Shown piece by piece: positions 11,961 to 25,761 of a stretch of DNA of 64,000 bases. The first letter of the stretch is position 1. Each line of letters opens with the position of its first letter. Source of the DNA: Camelus dromedarius. Its lineage: Eukaryota. The stretch is from contig NC_087437.1 in assembly GCF_036321535.1 (NCBI RefSeq), forward strand, positions 37,326,001 through 37,390,000, in the 5' to 3' direction. The notes beneath the pieces are model-generated. The model did not search any database. It saw only the letters and a list, made by a program, of their open reading frames with translations, and had not been told where the DNA came from. The translations under genes and the position numbers were made by a program.

Positions 11961-14559
11961 ACCTGCAGAAAAACCAAAAAGAATTATATACTAATAGAGT
12001 ATTATAAAGCTATGTTTCCTGACACCAAGGAGTTCAAGTATAGTAGATGTAAAAGACTTGTAAAAGTGAATGTAAGCTAATAACCACTTATTTTCCCAAG
12101 TTTTGTGTAACTTCAAATTGTGCTTTCGGAAAACTAAGACACTTAATATTTATGTACTCAAAGCCATCTCTTCCTTTATGATTTCTTCCTATGATTGTGT
12201 TCTTAGAAGGCTTTTCTCTATATTACAGAAAAAGTTCAGAAACATTATTTTGGTTGTACAATTTGGTTTAGACTATAGAATAGCCATAAAAATACCTATA
12301 TAATTTGTGAAATTCAGTGGGAAGACAAATTGATTCAGGGAACAGAAACAAAAGCTGGATGAAACATCTGCTTCATTTGTAAAGACTTGTAATTGTAATT
12401 AAAAATGAATATCAACATGTGGGTAAATTGTACTTTCAAAAATACAGTAACAATGAGTCATACATTGATCATAACAAATTCTGGAAAAGATAACATAAAA
12501 ACTTATAAGAACCTGTATCAAATAAACTATGGAATGTTTGTAAAGTTTATTGAATGGGAAAAGAACTATATATTTATCATATCATAATTAAACACTAAAC
12601 CATATGTAATTAAACATTTAGTCAAAGCAAAGGGAAATTACTGATATATGTAGCTTACAAAACCCTGTAAAGGTATGCATTCTTTAAGCTTTTAATTTAA
12701 TGGAGGGATAAATAAAATACTGCAAAAATAGAAGAATGATTTAGTTTTGCCTGTTTTTATTATTTTAATGTCCACTTCAGTAAAACTATTTGGCTAATGT
12801 CTTTAATTTGGTGTCCCTAAAAACAGATGATAGCCTTATTTAGTCCCAGACAGACATGTTACTTTTCTTAGTATCTAATGCCACATCCTTATGCTATAAG
12901 TTGAACTTCTCTGAAGAATAAGAGAAGTATATTCATAAAGAACATTGATGCAAATCAATATGCATTAAAAAATAAAAACTATTCCAGGAAGCCAAAAAGT
13001 GACTCTAATCTTCATTAAGTATACATTTTAAAACTCTTCCTTCCTGTGTAATATAATAAAAGATAAAAATATGTTACTTTGGAAAAATTCAGAAATACTT
13101 CTAAATAAGTACTTTTCATATAGTATGATTATAATTTCTTTTTACTCTTAATTTTGGAAATTATCAAATACATACAAAATTTGAGTCTTCTTTTACGCAT
13201 CAATGACAATATTGTTTTACCTGCACATCTACTTACCTCCTTCCTAATTTGTTTTATAACAAATCCCACATATCATTTTATTTTATCCACAAATATTCCA
13301 TGAGTATAGTTTTAATTTGTTATTTCAGCATTTTGAAATTTTAGAATTTTTTTTAAAAAAGCAAGAATAGAAGTAAATGTAGTGGAAGTTGTTCAAAATC
13401 GAATATTCTCTAAATTTACATTATAAAAATGAATCAGACAATGCATGTATGAACACATTGGATTATTCATTGAATTATATACAAAGAAATATCTACCAAA
13501 CACACAGACCTTAAAGAATTTACAGTTTGTTTAGGCAAATAAAATCCAGTTCAGTTACTTTAAATAACATTTTAGCATCACTATACTTAATCAAAATACA
13601 GGTACTATGAATTAGAGCCAGTCCTCTCCTAATAAGTTATAAGCACTAAGCAGGAGGATCAACAACATGGTTGAAGAGAACTGCATTCTATTTCCCAGGT
13701 AAATGCAAACTTCCTCTGACTGCTCAACAAAAACAAGAAAGATGAAAAGCTTGTGCTAGTATGGTGAATCACTGCATGTATTTCTCTTCTATCCTGATGA
13801 ACATCCTTTCTCATTGTAACCAAATCGGGCTCAACAAAAGCAATAGAGAATACAATGACCATCTCTGGTTCCCATCGACCTATTTCAGTTACCAGGTTTC
13901 AGTTATCAGGTCAGAACATTTCATATTGTTCCCAAGGATATTCTTTTGAATTACAATACACAATTCTTGGTTTTCGTAAATCCAGAAGCTCCCAGTTTAA
14001 CATGCCTAATTAGAAGCCATGTCAGGAGTAGGGAGTGTGTTTCCATTCCAGTTATAATAACCATATCAATGAAATCTTTTGTTATTGTAACAACCACATG
14101 ACATTTTTTTCACAATAAAATCCATCTTACAGATTTAAAAAGCCAAAAAGAAGAAAACACAAGATTCCAATAATGCTTTTATTAGTGTCTAGGTGGAAAT
14201 ACATCATGTGGAAATCTTTGCCTTGTTCACAATTTTAAAAATTAGGATTTTGTATTTAAATGAAAGCTATATGAGTTAAGCCTTTGCCTACTATTAACTT
14301 TGAAAATTATAGAAACTATGCTATAAAATCACTGATAAGAAAGAAGTGGCATCATGCAAAATGACAGAGTAGGAAGATTTGAGAAGTGTCTTCAACAAAG
14401 CAATCATTCAAGAGAGATTGAAGAGAGCTATTCTGAAACTCTGAAGCCTGATTTGACACTTACAATTGTCGTACACTGGATGAAGGGAAAGACAGTTATT
14501 CTTAGGTATGAGATTAGCATGCGTAAACATGTCACCAACCCCACTTCTCAGTCCTACCT

Positions 14560-16176
14560 ATTCTGTAGGGTGAATGGTTCAAGTCATTGGAGCAGCTGTC
14601 TGGTGTCCTCTTGGAAACAGCTGCTTCCTCCATTGGTAGCGAGGGGAAATTTAAAGGGTCAGTACACTTTTTTGTTCCCCTTTCTGGAGCCAGACATTTA
14701 AGAAAATACTTGTCTGGCTACTAGCTGACCACAGACATAATAAAACCAAAATTCTGGTACCTCAAACAAAAAATAATACACAGTTCACAAAAATAATTTG
14801 GAGAAGTCACAGGTGGACAGTACCAATCCATAACAAGTAGAAATCAGCAATACCTGAGGAGTGGGAGAATCAGATTTCCAGAGTTACTTCCTGAAAATCT
14901 CTTCAACAAATGGTTCTGGGTAAACTAGATATTCACGTGCAAATTAATGGAGTTTGACCTTACATCATATAAAAAATTAACTCAAATGGATCAAAGAACT
15001 AAACTATAAAAGTCATAGGTGAAAATATAGGGAAGAATCTCAAGGACACTGGATTAAGTGATGACCTTTGGGATGTGACACTGAAAGCATATAAAAAAAG
15101 TGAAAATAGAAAATTTGACTTTATCAAAATTATAAACTTCTGTGCATCAGAGGACATTTATCAATAAACTGAAAAGACAACTTACAGAATAGGAGAAAAT
15201 ATTTGAAAATCATATATCTGATCAAGGATTAATTACTAGAATATATAAAGAGCTCCTAAAACTAAACAACAACAATAACAACAAAACAGTCAAACTGGAA
15301 AATGGACAATAAATTTGAAAAAATATTTCTCCAAAGAAGAAATAAAAATTGCCAATGAGCACATGAAAAGATGGTCAACATAATTAGTCATTACACTAGG
15401 AAAATACAAATCAAAATTACAATGAGATAACACCTAACCCCCATTGCAATGACTATCATTAAAAAAAAAAAGGAAAATGGAAAATAACTGATGTTGAAAA
15501 AGATGTGGAGAAATTGGAACCTTTGGGCACTGCAACTGGAAATGTAAAATGATGCAGCTGCTATGGAAAACAGTTTGGCAGGTCCTCAAAAAAGTTAAAT
15601 GTGGAATTATTACATGATCTATCGTTTCTATTCCTAGATGACTACTCAAATGACTTGAAAACAGGGACTCAAACTGATACTTATATATCAATGTTCATAG
15701 CAATGTTATTCACAATAGCCAAAAAGTGGAAACAGTCCAAGTGTCCATCAACAGATAGATATATAACACATATAACGGAATATATATACAATGGAATATT
15801 AATCAGCCATAGCAAGTAACAATGTTCTGATTCATGCTACAAGATGGATAAACTTTGAAAACATTATGCTAAGTGAAGTGAGCCAGACACAAAAGGACAA
15901 ATATTGTATGATTCCACTTATAATATGTATCCAGAATGGGCAAATTCATAGAAACAGAAAGTAGAATAGAGGTTACAAGGGCCTGGAAGGAGGAATTTGG
16001 AATTATATTGCTTAATGGTTACAGAGTTTCTGTTTCTGTTGATGAGTAAGTTTTGAAAATAGATCATGGTGGATGGTCACATCACACTGTGACTATACTT
16101 AATGCCACTGAATTGTACATTTAAAAATGGATAAAATGAAAATCTTCATGTCATATTTATTTTAACACAGTAAAAA
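14560..16176 (+). mobile_element. L1MB-type LINE: 5'UTR piece joined to the ORF2 C-terminus and 3'UTR
   Basis: ORF2 end motifs tcttcaacaaatggttctggg, atcaaaattataaacttctgtgcatca and atgttcatagcaatgttattcacaatagccaaaaagtggaaaca; L1MB 3'UTR to about 16176; 5'UTR-like gggagaatcagatttccagagttac just before 14890. Confidence 0.9.
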
Positions 16177-16353
16177 CTAACTGATAATGTTTATATTTAG
16201 CATGTGATTATGTCGTACAGGTTTTCTGAGGAAAATTATTACTTCTTTAACACAGTATTTAGCAACATGATAGAGGCTCAGAGTTCCATGCTACAATGAA
16301 GATTTTACCCAAGGAATTTTAATAATGTAAGTGTATTTAATAATAAAAAAAAC

Positions 16354-16403
16354 TGCTGATACCTTAAAATAGTGAAATAGTGCTGGTACCTTAAAATAGT
16401 GAA
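16354..16403. repeat. Tandem duplication (27-bp period)
   Basis: tgctgataccttaaaatagtgaaa / tgctggtaccttaaaatagtgaaa. Confidence 0.85.
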
Positions 16404-17204
16404 AAATCCACATAAAATATTATTTTTGAGCCATTTCATAAAAGTACTTTGGGAACATAAACCTGAAATCTATATATTTGTCTTACAAGTAGTGCTAAGA
16501 AAAGCAAAATAAGTATATCTAGCAGCGATTTCTCAAACGACCTAAGGGTATTAGTAGTGTAATCTTCACATACATGTAAAAATAAATATTTAGAAAGAAT
16601 GTTATTTAAAAAGCAGTCATTTCCCATCTTAGAGCTGAGCTCATAATATAAAAATATCCATAGAAAGCTTCAGCTTTAAGCATGAGTGACTTGATTTTTC
16701 TCATTATATTTTTTCAATCCAGTATATTCACAAGATAATCAGTTTGTATAAAGAAATGAAATGTCTTACTAATAATGCTTTTTACCACTTCAATTCTTCA
16801 CCATCACTCTATTGTCATTAAAACGCATTATTCTAAATTTAATTTTTAAAAATATATTTGAGAGATGAATATTACCTACCAAGCAGCAAATACTGCTCAA
16901 TAACAATATAGACCTAGAAATCATAATTTCTATTGAATTTACTTGTAACAGGGCAGTTTTATTTCTTTTCCTTTATGGTGTGTCATCCTAACCTTCAGAA
17001 AAGTAGAAGAAATAGTATAGACTTTAATTTTAACAAATCAAATGAATATTCTTGATTTTAATTTCCTGAAGTAATTTACAGTTTCTTGGCTCTTTAAGTT
17101 TCTTTAAAGAAATGAGACTTTATAAAGTTTTTCATACTACAGTTAAATTTTGTTACAGAATCTTAGATTTTTTTTTAGAGTTAGCAAATTACTTGCTTTT
17201 CTAT

Positions 17205-17759
17205 TGTGGTAGGCAACATTTGTGGATGACACCCCAAAAATGTCCTGCCCTAGTTCTCAGAACCTGTGAATAAGATTGTGTGCTGTTGACTGGCAAACTG
17301 ACGTTAAAATGGGGACTGTCCAGGCAGATCTGAATTAATCACGAGTCCTTTAAAAAACAGAGAGTTTTTTCTAATCAATGGTAAAAGGAGAAGGCAGAGG
17401 GATTCCAAGAGTGAGGATTCGATGTGCCCTTCCTGGTTTGAAGATGGAGGAGGCCACATAAGAAGGAAAGAGGTTAGTGGCCACTGGCTGAGAGCCAGCA
17501 AGGAAGCAGACTTTAAACTCCCTGCTGCTAAAACTGGATTCTGTTGACAACATGACTGAGTTTAAAGTGGATTCTTGCCTTCAGCTTCCAGATTAGAGCC
17601 TATCCTTGGTTTAGGCCATGTAAGACTCTAGCAAAGAAACCAAATTGGTTCAAGCCAAATTGAACATCTGACCTACAGAACTATAAGATAATAAAATGGG
17701 TGTTTTCTTAAGCTATAAATTTGTGGAAATTGATCATGTAGCAATAGAAAATTAATACA
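17205..17759 (+). mobile_element. MaLR solo LTR (MLT1E-like)
   Basis: tgtggtaggca...ctggtttgaagatggaggaggccaca...ctgacctacagaactataagataataaaatgggtgttt...gcaatagaaaattaataca. Confidence 0.88.
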
Positions 17760-19499
17760 TTCAGTTCTCAAATCAGCACATGATTTTGCTTTTGCAGTTA
17801 TTAAAATTTTAGGTCATCCGAGGGGCAAAAGAGATATGCCCCATTAGGTTTAGGAAATAAAGTAAAAAGGATTGCCCTCTGAAATCAAAATTGTAAAACC
17901 GAGAGGGATATGCCCAAGTCTTGAAACAGTGGATTAGAAACTTTTGGGTAAACTGTGAATTTAAAAAATGATAAAGTCCTTTTCTCAGAGGAAAGTTAAT
18001 AAATTTGCATATGTAGGCACAAAAGTTTGTGTGGAATATTAAAATTGATATTAAGACCCTCTCTCTAAAATGACAACTCCAGGACCTGTAGAGCATGATT
18101 GTAAAGTAGTTCCATATATCAACCTAATCAGAAAAATTAAAGCATTTAGAATAAAAGGTAAATAAATTCCACACACATTTTAAGGGGTCACAGAAGCAAA
18201 CAGGGCAGTGCCCACCCAGTCATTGTCTCAGAGCAGGTTTCCCTGTGGGCCAACATAAATAACTGGCAAACTTTGTTTCCAACAGGTGGAGCCTTGTAGG
18301 TTTTTACATTTGATTTCTTAAACCATCGCTCCTTTTCCTAATACTAGGCACTAAAACCAAACACCTGATCATTTGTTTTCCAGTGTAGTTTATCTAGAAA
18401 TTAACTATGGGTTAGTCAAAATGCCTCATCTATCTAATATCCCTGGGAGTTACATACCTCACATTGTAATTTAACTGTCTTTCATATATACTTCTAAGTC
18501 TTTCGTAGCTTCACCAACAGAAATTAACAACATCCAGCAGAAACAACTCTGGGATGGTGATGAGATTGCATTTCTTGTCCTGCAAGCTGACCGTTAACCT
18601 GGACAATGATTATCTCATTAAGGCACAAGTACGTGTGGCCAGTGGGTGTTCTCCAGATGATACTTCGTGTGGGTCTGTGTGTGCTGGGGGGCATCCTTAA
18701 TTGAACTTGGACACATTTAACAAAAATAATAATTTTAAATGTTTGGTATTAAAAAGATCCTTTGCGTTCTTACTTGGTGTTGAAGTTAAATTGCACTAGC
18801 GTGCATTATTCATAGGTAAGATTTAAAAGCCCAGGAATAAACTTGTGTTTAGAATGATCAACATTCAAGGAGGCTAATTAAAAAGGTGGGCTTCGTTTAC
18901 CATCTTTTGTCAAAGCAGCTTATGTCATTTCCTTTGATAGCACTGGAAACCTTTCAAATTACCACCTGCAAACTCTGAGAGCTCACTGGAAAGTTAATGA
19001 CCCCTATACCACTTCTCACCCTTGACACCCCCCACTCTTTCACTGTCTACCTATCTGTCTCTGTTTCCCCATCCTACTCTTCCCTCTCTTCCTCTCTTCT
19101 CTTCTTCCTAAGAAGTCTATAATTATGAAAAGTAAGATTTATTTTATAAAATCTGAATAAATTATTTCCAGTGCCTAATCAGTAAATATCTAATTAACTT
19201 TGGGGTTCTTACTTTATAATTTAAATTTTTCTAAGGATAGAATTCCAGTGGAGCTTGTGCTATTTTGCATTATTTGTATACAGCATTATTTACTTTAGTT
19301 ATGTTTAAATGTGGGTGTAATATAAGGTTAGAAGATATTCTACTAGGATAAAATGACATCCTGTCATTACCAGTGTACTGTTTCTAAGAGCAATAACACA
19401 CATAATTGTGTTTATTTTCCATGGTTTTATTTTTTAAAATGTTAATAAGTCCTTTTTCCAGGTATGTATACTGTGAATTTCTGTTAGTCTACTAGAGTA

Positions 19500-19730
19500 T
19501 TTTTTTTCCATTATCCTCATAATATCTTTTGAAACACAGAAGTTTTAAATTTTGGTGATATCTAATTCATATTTTTTAATGGCATATGCTTTTTGTATCT
19601 TACCATAAGAAATTCTTGCCTAACGCAGAGTCACAATATTATTATCTCTTATTTCAGAAATTTAACAGGTTTTCAGCTTTTGTGTTTAGTTAAATGACCT
19701 CTTTTCAATTTAATTTTTGTATATGATGCA
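19500..19730 (-). mobile_element. Old L1 ORF2 3' fragment
   Basis: acagaagttttaaattttg...aagaaattcttgcctaac...ttaatttttgtatatgatg is antisense L1. Confidence 0.7.
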
Positions 19731-20340
19731 ATTTCCATATTTCTACTTTTCTTCCATAAATGTGTGCTATTTTTATAATTTTGAGCAATATAGCAACAAT
19801 TTTTATGTAAGTGAAAAATTCTGTATAAGTAATTGATCATTTTCGTTACTAGGTCAAAAGTTTCTCCAAATAGTTGAAGACAACAAAACTTCCCTAAACA
19901 TATTTAGGGAACCAGGTTTTACAAATACTTTGAACAGCAATAAATTTAAATTCTAATAGGTATAATTTATTTGGTGGACACAGTTCACCAGATTTAAAAG
20001 AAATGCAAAATGTGTAGATACTACTTTATAACGAATCACTTCAAAAACAGAGGGAGATCTTTTGTTGCAGATGAGGAAATTGGAAATGGTGAAGTATACT
20101 ACTAATTAGCATGTTTCAGTTTCCTCCTAATTAAGGAGGCTTATCAGGGAAGTGCCTAGTGGCTATTACTATCATCAGTCCACTTATCAACATTTTGAAG
20201 GTGAAATAACTTGAATTTTATTAACACCAAGCTATACTCCTACTAAAAGTCATTCAAGGTAGTGAGGGTTTTCATGTTATTTTGATACCAAGAACTACCT
20301 ACTCCACTAGTCCCATAATCTCCTTTTAGGAAATGGTTAC

Positions 20341-20870
20341 TGTATTAGTCAGGGTTCTCCAGAAAAAGAAAACTCAAAGGATATATATAAATAGATACAT
20401 ATAAGACCACATTATTATAGGAATTGGCTCACACAGTATGGAGGCCAAGAAGTCCCATGATCTGCCACAAGTAAGGTTGACAACCAGGAAAGTCAGGATT
20501 ATAATCCAGTCTGAGTCCAAAGACCTACAAATTGGAGGGTTAATGGTGTAAAGTCCAGATCTGAGTCCAGGTGAGAAGCTCAGAACTAGCAGCACTGATG
20601 TCCAAGGGCAGGAGAAGATGGGTATCTTGTATCAAGCAGAGGAAGAGAGCAAATTCACCCTTCTTCTGCCTTTTTGTTTTATTCTGGCCCTCAGTGGATG
20701 TGGTGATGCCCAACCACGTTGGAGAGTGCCATCTGCTTCGCTCAGTTTCCCAGTTCAAATGCTAATCTGTTCTGGAAGCACCCTCACAGATATGTCTAGA
20801 AATCATGTCTTACCAGCTATCTGTGCATTCCTTAGGCCAGTCAAGCTGACACATAAAATTAACTATCACA
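20341..20870 (-). mobile_element. ERVL solo LTR (MLT2B-like)
   Basis: tgtattagtcagggttctccaga...ggaattggctcaca...ccagtcaagctgacacataaaattaactatcaca; 5-bp TSD gttac/gttat. Confidence 0.92.
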
Positions 20871-21109
20871 GTTATGATGGTATAAAATTTCTACATCAAT
20901 TTTAACACTCCTAGATCATTTCAAGTATATAAAATATAACATTTGGATAGAAAAAGCAAATGAAAGCTAGGCACATTGATATCCTCTCTCTTCCTCAAAT
21001 TGTACTACCTTCTCAAATTTCAGTCCTCTTCACTCTGTTATGACTACACATGGTTATTTTCTTCTACCCTTTAGAGTACAAGCTCTGCTGCTTGGAAGAT
21101 AAAGTAAAA

Positions 21110-21315
21110 TTTGAAATCGAATGGTTGAATTAATTCCTACCTTGATCATTTTGGGGCTGAATTAATTTGGGGAATTTCATTAAACTTTTCAGAACTCAGT
21201 TAAAGCATATGATAAAAAAATAAGCCTCAGATTTGCTGTTTAAATGTGTTAATATGTTTAAAGTTTCATGTATAATGCTAGGCACAAAATCTGTACGCAG
21301 AAAATATTAGTTTCC
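21110..21315 (+). mobile_element. MIR SINE (degenerate)
   Basis: ttggggaatttcattaaacttttcagaactcagtt...ttaatatgtttaaagtttc...taggcacaaaa resembles MIR. Confidence 0.5.
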
Positions 21316-21499
21316 TATTTCTTAAGTAATAAATAAGGAAATAAGGGGTAAAGGAGTTGTAGATGTTTAGAGATATCAGTGTCTTGGGATTATATGGACT
21401 GATGGAAAAAAATAACAAAATCAATATTTAGTTCAGTATCAGAAATGTAATGGCTTTCAACTAGGAAAGCAAAGCAAAAAAAAAAAAAAAAAAGGGTTC

Positions 21500-21762
21500 T
21501 ATGTCAAATTAAAAAACTTTAAAGCAAAGAAAACTACCAACAAAATAAAAAGGCAATCTATAGAATGGGGGAAAATATTTGCAAACTGTATATCTGATAA
21601 GAGTTTGGTATCTAAAATATACAAAAAACTCATGCAAGTCAACAGCAAAAACAAAGAAACAAACCTAAATAATCTGCTTTTAAAATAGACAAAGACTCTG
21701 AACAGACATTTTTCCAGAGAAGACATACATACAATGACCACCAGGCACATGAAAAGGTGCCT
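21500..21762 (+). mobile_element. L1 ORF2 C-terminal fragment
   Basis: aaaaggcaatctatagaatgggggaaaatatttgcaaactgtatatctgataagagtttggtatctaaaatatacaaaaaactc...gaacagacatttttccagagaagacata. Confidence 0.88.
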
Positions 21763-21915
21763 AATAAAATGAACTTGTCCAACTGGTACCGCTGCAGCTA
21801 ACAGATTAAAGAATGGAAACCAAAACACAGATCTGATTATAGATTGTTCCATCTCCCCAACACATGTGATTGTTCTTAATTATGTGTGGAGCAACAGCTA
21901 ACAAAGTACAGGACT

Positions 21916-22580
21916 GAGTTCTTTACTTTTGCGGCTGCCTGCAGCCATGAATTTACTCAGGCTTCAGAAGAGGCTCCCTTTGAGTGTCCTCTGCTATGAA
22001 AAAAAAGGTCTGATTGGACCCCAATGAGACCAATGAGATCGCCAAAGCCAAGTCGGGTCAGATCTTCAAGCTGACTATGATGGGCTGCTCATCCAGAAGC
22101 CCGTGAATGCCCCAACACCTTGCTCCAGGTGAAGGGTGGGTACGTGGGAACAGGTAAGCATTTTGATGCCGGAATGCCCAGGAACATAACCTGGATAAGG
22201 AAGGTGAAAATTCTGTGCCTGCTGCTCAGAAACCATGAGTCTAAGAATGTATCACATGTATCACAACTGCTACCTGAAAGTGAAGAGGAATGTGTTCGCA
22301 AACTAGTGGGTTGTCATGGAACATGTCCACAAACTGAAGGCAGACAGGACTTGCAAGCAGCTTTTGGGTGACGAGGCGGAAGCCTGCAGGTCTACAACCA
22401 CAGAAGGTGCAAAGCCCTGAAGAACCATTCCAGGTCAGAAGCAGGAAATCATCAAGACAGTCCAAGGAAGAAGAGACCAAGTAATAAAGCTCCAACTCTC
22501 TTGTCTGTACATAGTGGCTTTGGCAATTACATAGATAAGTCATTCAATAAAAAGGCCTAATCTGGGAAAGAAAAGAGAAA
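21916..22580 (+). pseudogene. RPL19: Processed pseudogene of 60S ribosomal protein L19 (eL19)
   Basis: ATG at 21947 gives MNLLRLQKRLPLSVL (RPL19 MSMLRLQKRLASSVL); then V*LDPNETNEIA, MPRNITWIRKVKILCLLLRNHESK, and EIIKT-SKEEETK* ending about 22487. Intronless, with frameshifts and a TGA at 22011. 5'TOP-like leader ctttacttttgcggctgcc, 3'UTR with AATAAA at 22546-22551, A-rich tail, TSD aaagtacaggact/agagaacaggact. Confidence 0.96.
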
Positions 22581-25314
22581 AGAGAACAGGACTCATGGAA
22601 TACTCTAAATCCTTGGAAACACTACTGTTAATATTTAGATATAAAATTTTACTTTCAACAATATAATGAAAAATTTTAAACAACAGGTCTCTTATCATAT
22701 GTATACATTAATAATACAATATATATATTAATCACTCCATACATATTTTGTTCATTTAACTGATATCTAGGTGATGGCAAATAAAAAGTTTTCCTTCAGC
22801 AATAAAAATCTAAGTTTTGAATTTCCTTTCTCTTTTGGGGAATTGAAACTTACATTTGCATTAAGACACTAAGCTATTACTTGTAAACTAAGGTTAATTC
22901 CTTAAAATTTGTTTCTTCAAGGCATTTATAATAATTGAAATTTGTCTGTTAAATGTCATAAAATAAGATGTTTTTATTAAAGATACAGTAATCTGAAAGA
23001 TAAAAACTAAGCTTAAATCTCAAAGGACAAATCAATTTGCAATTACTGAACTCTGAATATTACATCAATTTTATATGATCTCCACTATTTCTTGTCTTTT
23101 AAAATATTTATTAGGGGAGTCCAGACTATTTTTAGTGGCTTTTACTGCTGATAACTTTGTTTAAGGCTCACCCCAAGCAAAATTAGACAAAAGTTTATCT
23201 GAATCAGTAGATTATATTTTTATGTTTCCCAATCTAATCTCTCTCCCAACCCTTTTTTCTCTTTCTTCCTCTCTCTCCTTCTCTCCTTCCCTTCCCTCTG
23301 TCTCTCTCCAAGGAAGACATATTCCAATAGAGACATGGCAGCTAGACAGAGCTAAGATCCCATGCCACTCATAAGGGCCAGAAATGAGTCATCACCCCCA
23401 GTAGCAGATGACGTAGCTAATACATACAAATAGTGATCATATGTTTTACACTGAAAATGAGGACATATAATTTGGCAGAGTTCAGGGTAGCATTTATAGG
23501 CAGAAACAGCAGCCTAAGTTTCAGATTGCAAAATGACAAAATGTCTATGTCATTTACTGATTCATGGGGACAAAGTGTATCAAGAATAATGTGCCTTCTT
23601 TGCTTGGCTACTACTTTGCTTCTTTGCTTGGCACATAGTAGCAACATTTCCAACCACATGTCACAGAGTCTACATGGCAACTGTTGAATATATGATTAGA
23701 TAAAGATTAACATGCACCATGCTCATTTTCCCCTCTTGCCATTAAAGGTGGTTATGAGATTTGATCTCTGTCATTGGGGAGTGAGGGGGAGATTTTGGTT
23801 AAGCTAGTTGTTTTTTTATCTTCAGGCTTTCATCACTGTCACACAAAAAGTGACACATCCTATCACAACAGTGTCCCAAAGAGAGGTCCTCTCTCCATAT
23901 ACCAGTTTCTTTTATGAAGAAGGCGACAATACTTTCCAGCATACAAAGCTAATAATTGCAAGAGCAATATTTAAAATCCAGGCACTCTTCCTCTACAGAC
24001 ATTGCTCTTAACCAGCATGGCCCAAGTTTAGTGGCCTATGTCAGTGGTTCAATGGGAAATTATTACTTTCTTTGACATATTTCATAGCTTTATTCTCTAC
24101 TCTGGCAGTCTGATTTGAGTTAGACAGATGTTAAAAAGCCATTTCAATGGTGAACTATTTTTGGAAAAGAAACTCTTATAAACTTAAGTTTTAAAGAAGT
24201 ACTTGGAAGTTCAGTATCATTTCTGTGAAGACAGGCTTTGTGCTATTATTAAAATCTCCTCATAGGGAAGCACTACAAAGTAGGATTCATGGGAAATGTA
24301 ATATATTTAGTGGAGACATAATGCTAGATTCTCAGCTGAAACATCACTTTGTATAAAAAAGTATAACGATGTTTAAATATTTGCATAAATACATTTGTAT
24401 TTTCTTAAGTGTGAGACTTTTCTTAACCTTGCAAATAAATGTTAGTAAATTTCGTTGAAAATTTAAATAGAAAATGCATTAAGTGTGATGAAGAAACCAC
24501 GTTCAAGTTGAGATAAGGAAAATTATAAAGCCCATTCTAAGAGACAGTAACAGTTTGAGCTATATCAGTCATTGGAAAAGGTTACTTGTTAATTGGAAAG
24601 TTGGATATCAAACTAATGAATGGAAATTAGAGCTTTCTTATGGTATGCATTTCATTTAAAGCACACTGATACAGTTGAATTTTTGCCAAGAATAACAGTT
24701 TGTGATGACTCTGGCTATTACCTGCAGAGTATAGCAGCATCCAGCTGAGAAGCGTTAGTTATTACTATTGAGCTAGTCATAAGTTTTTGTGTATTTGGCT
24801 TGATAACTTTTAAGTTTCTGGAATTAAATATGATCCTTGAGGAGTTAACGTGGGTACAATTTTAAAGAAGCTAGAGATCTACACTATGGCTTAATGAGGC
24901 CAAAACAGCCAATAAACCAATTCTATTTGGAATAAAAATCAGTTTTTATCAGTTGTAGAGACTTTCCTGAGGACTTATCCCTCATTCTGAGTGGTTATTG
25001 CCATGATCTATCAATGTAAAACATTTTTAGTATCATCTCAGTTATGGATTGAATTCTATTTCCTCAAAACACAGTAATATATTAAAAATGTTTGCCTATT
25101 ATTCCCTTTCCAAAAAGAGCAACCTCAAATAGCAACTTATTCACTTACCTGCTTCCTTTTGTATGAAGAATGTCCTTTCATAGACATATGCTCATTTCAC
25201 CTCCAGAATTTCTAGAGGAAAAAAAGCCTTTTCTAGAGAAAGAGATAGCACCATGCAGTGGAAAGAAAATTAGGAAAGGAGTCAGGAGAGTCCTAGGGTT
25301 ATGAAAAAACTCCA

Positions 25315-25535
25315 TGACTCAGAGAGTGGGTTCTGGAGCTGGACAGCCTGGAAGGAATTCTAGATCTGCTATGTAATGTGTGTGTGACCTTGAACGAGTT
25401 TCATAACGTTTATGTTACATTTCTTCTTCAGTGTCTTCATCTGTAAAACAGAGAGTCTCACCGACTGAGTGTGACTACTACATCAGTTAACATACAAAGC
25501 GCTTAGAACAGCTCTTGGCTCACAGCGAGTCTGTG
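25315..25535 (+). mobile_element. MIR SINE
   Basis: ggttctggagctggacagcctgg...tgtgtgaccttgaacgagtt...cagtgtcttcatctgtaaaa...aaagcgcttagaacagctcttggctcacag. Confidence 0.85.
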
Positions 25536-25761
25536 ACACATGCTGGTAAAGATTCCAATTAGACTGTGGGGTCTAATTTCTCTTGTGAAAAATTGTGAAT
25601 CTAGAGGGCTGTTTAGCATTTATAACATTTAAGATTTTTAGTTATAAGTCAGATATAAATATGCTTTAGGAATAAAATTACTATTTTCCTTTTATCATCA
25701 TCTTAGAATAGTCCTCACCTTTTAATAGCTAAAGAAGCAACAATAAGTGTACCACGGACTA

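Noticed and set aside
21476..21493. A-run as the tail of a retro-insertion (likewise the A-runs near 27705, 43218 and 56723)
   Set aside because: No flanking target-site duplication or upstream element body found.
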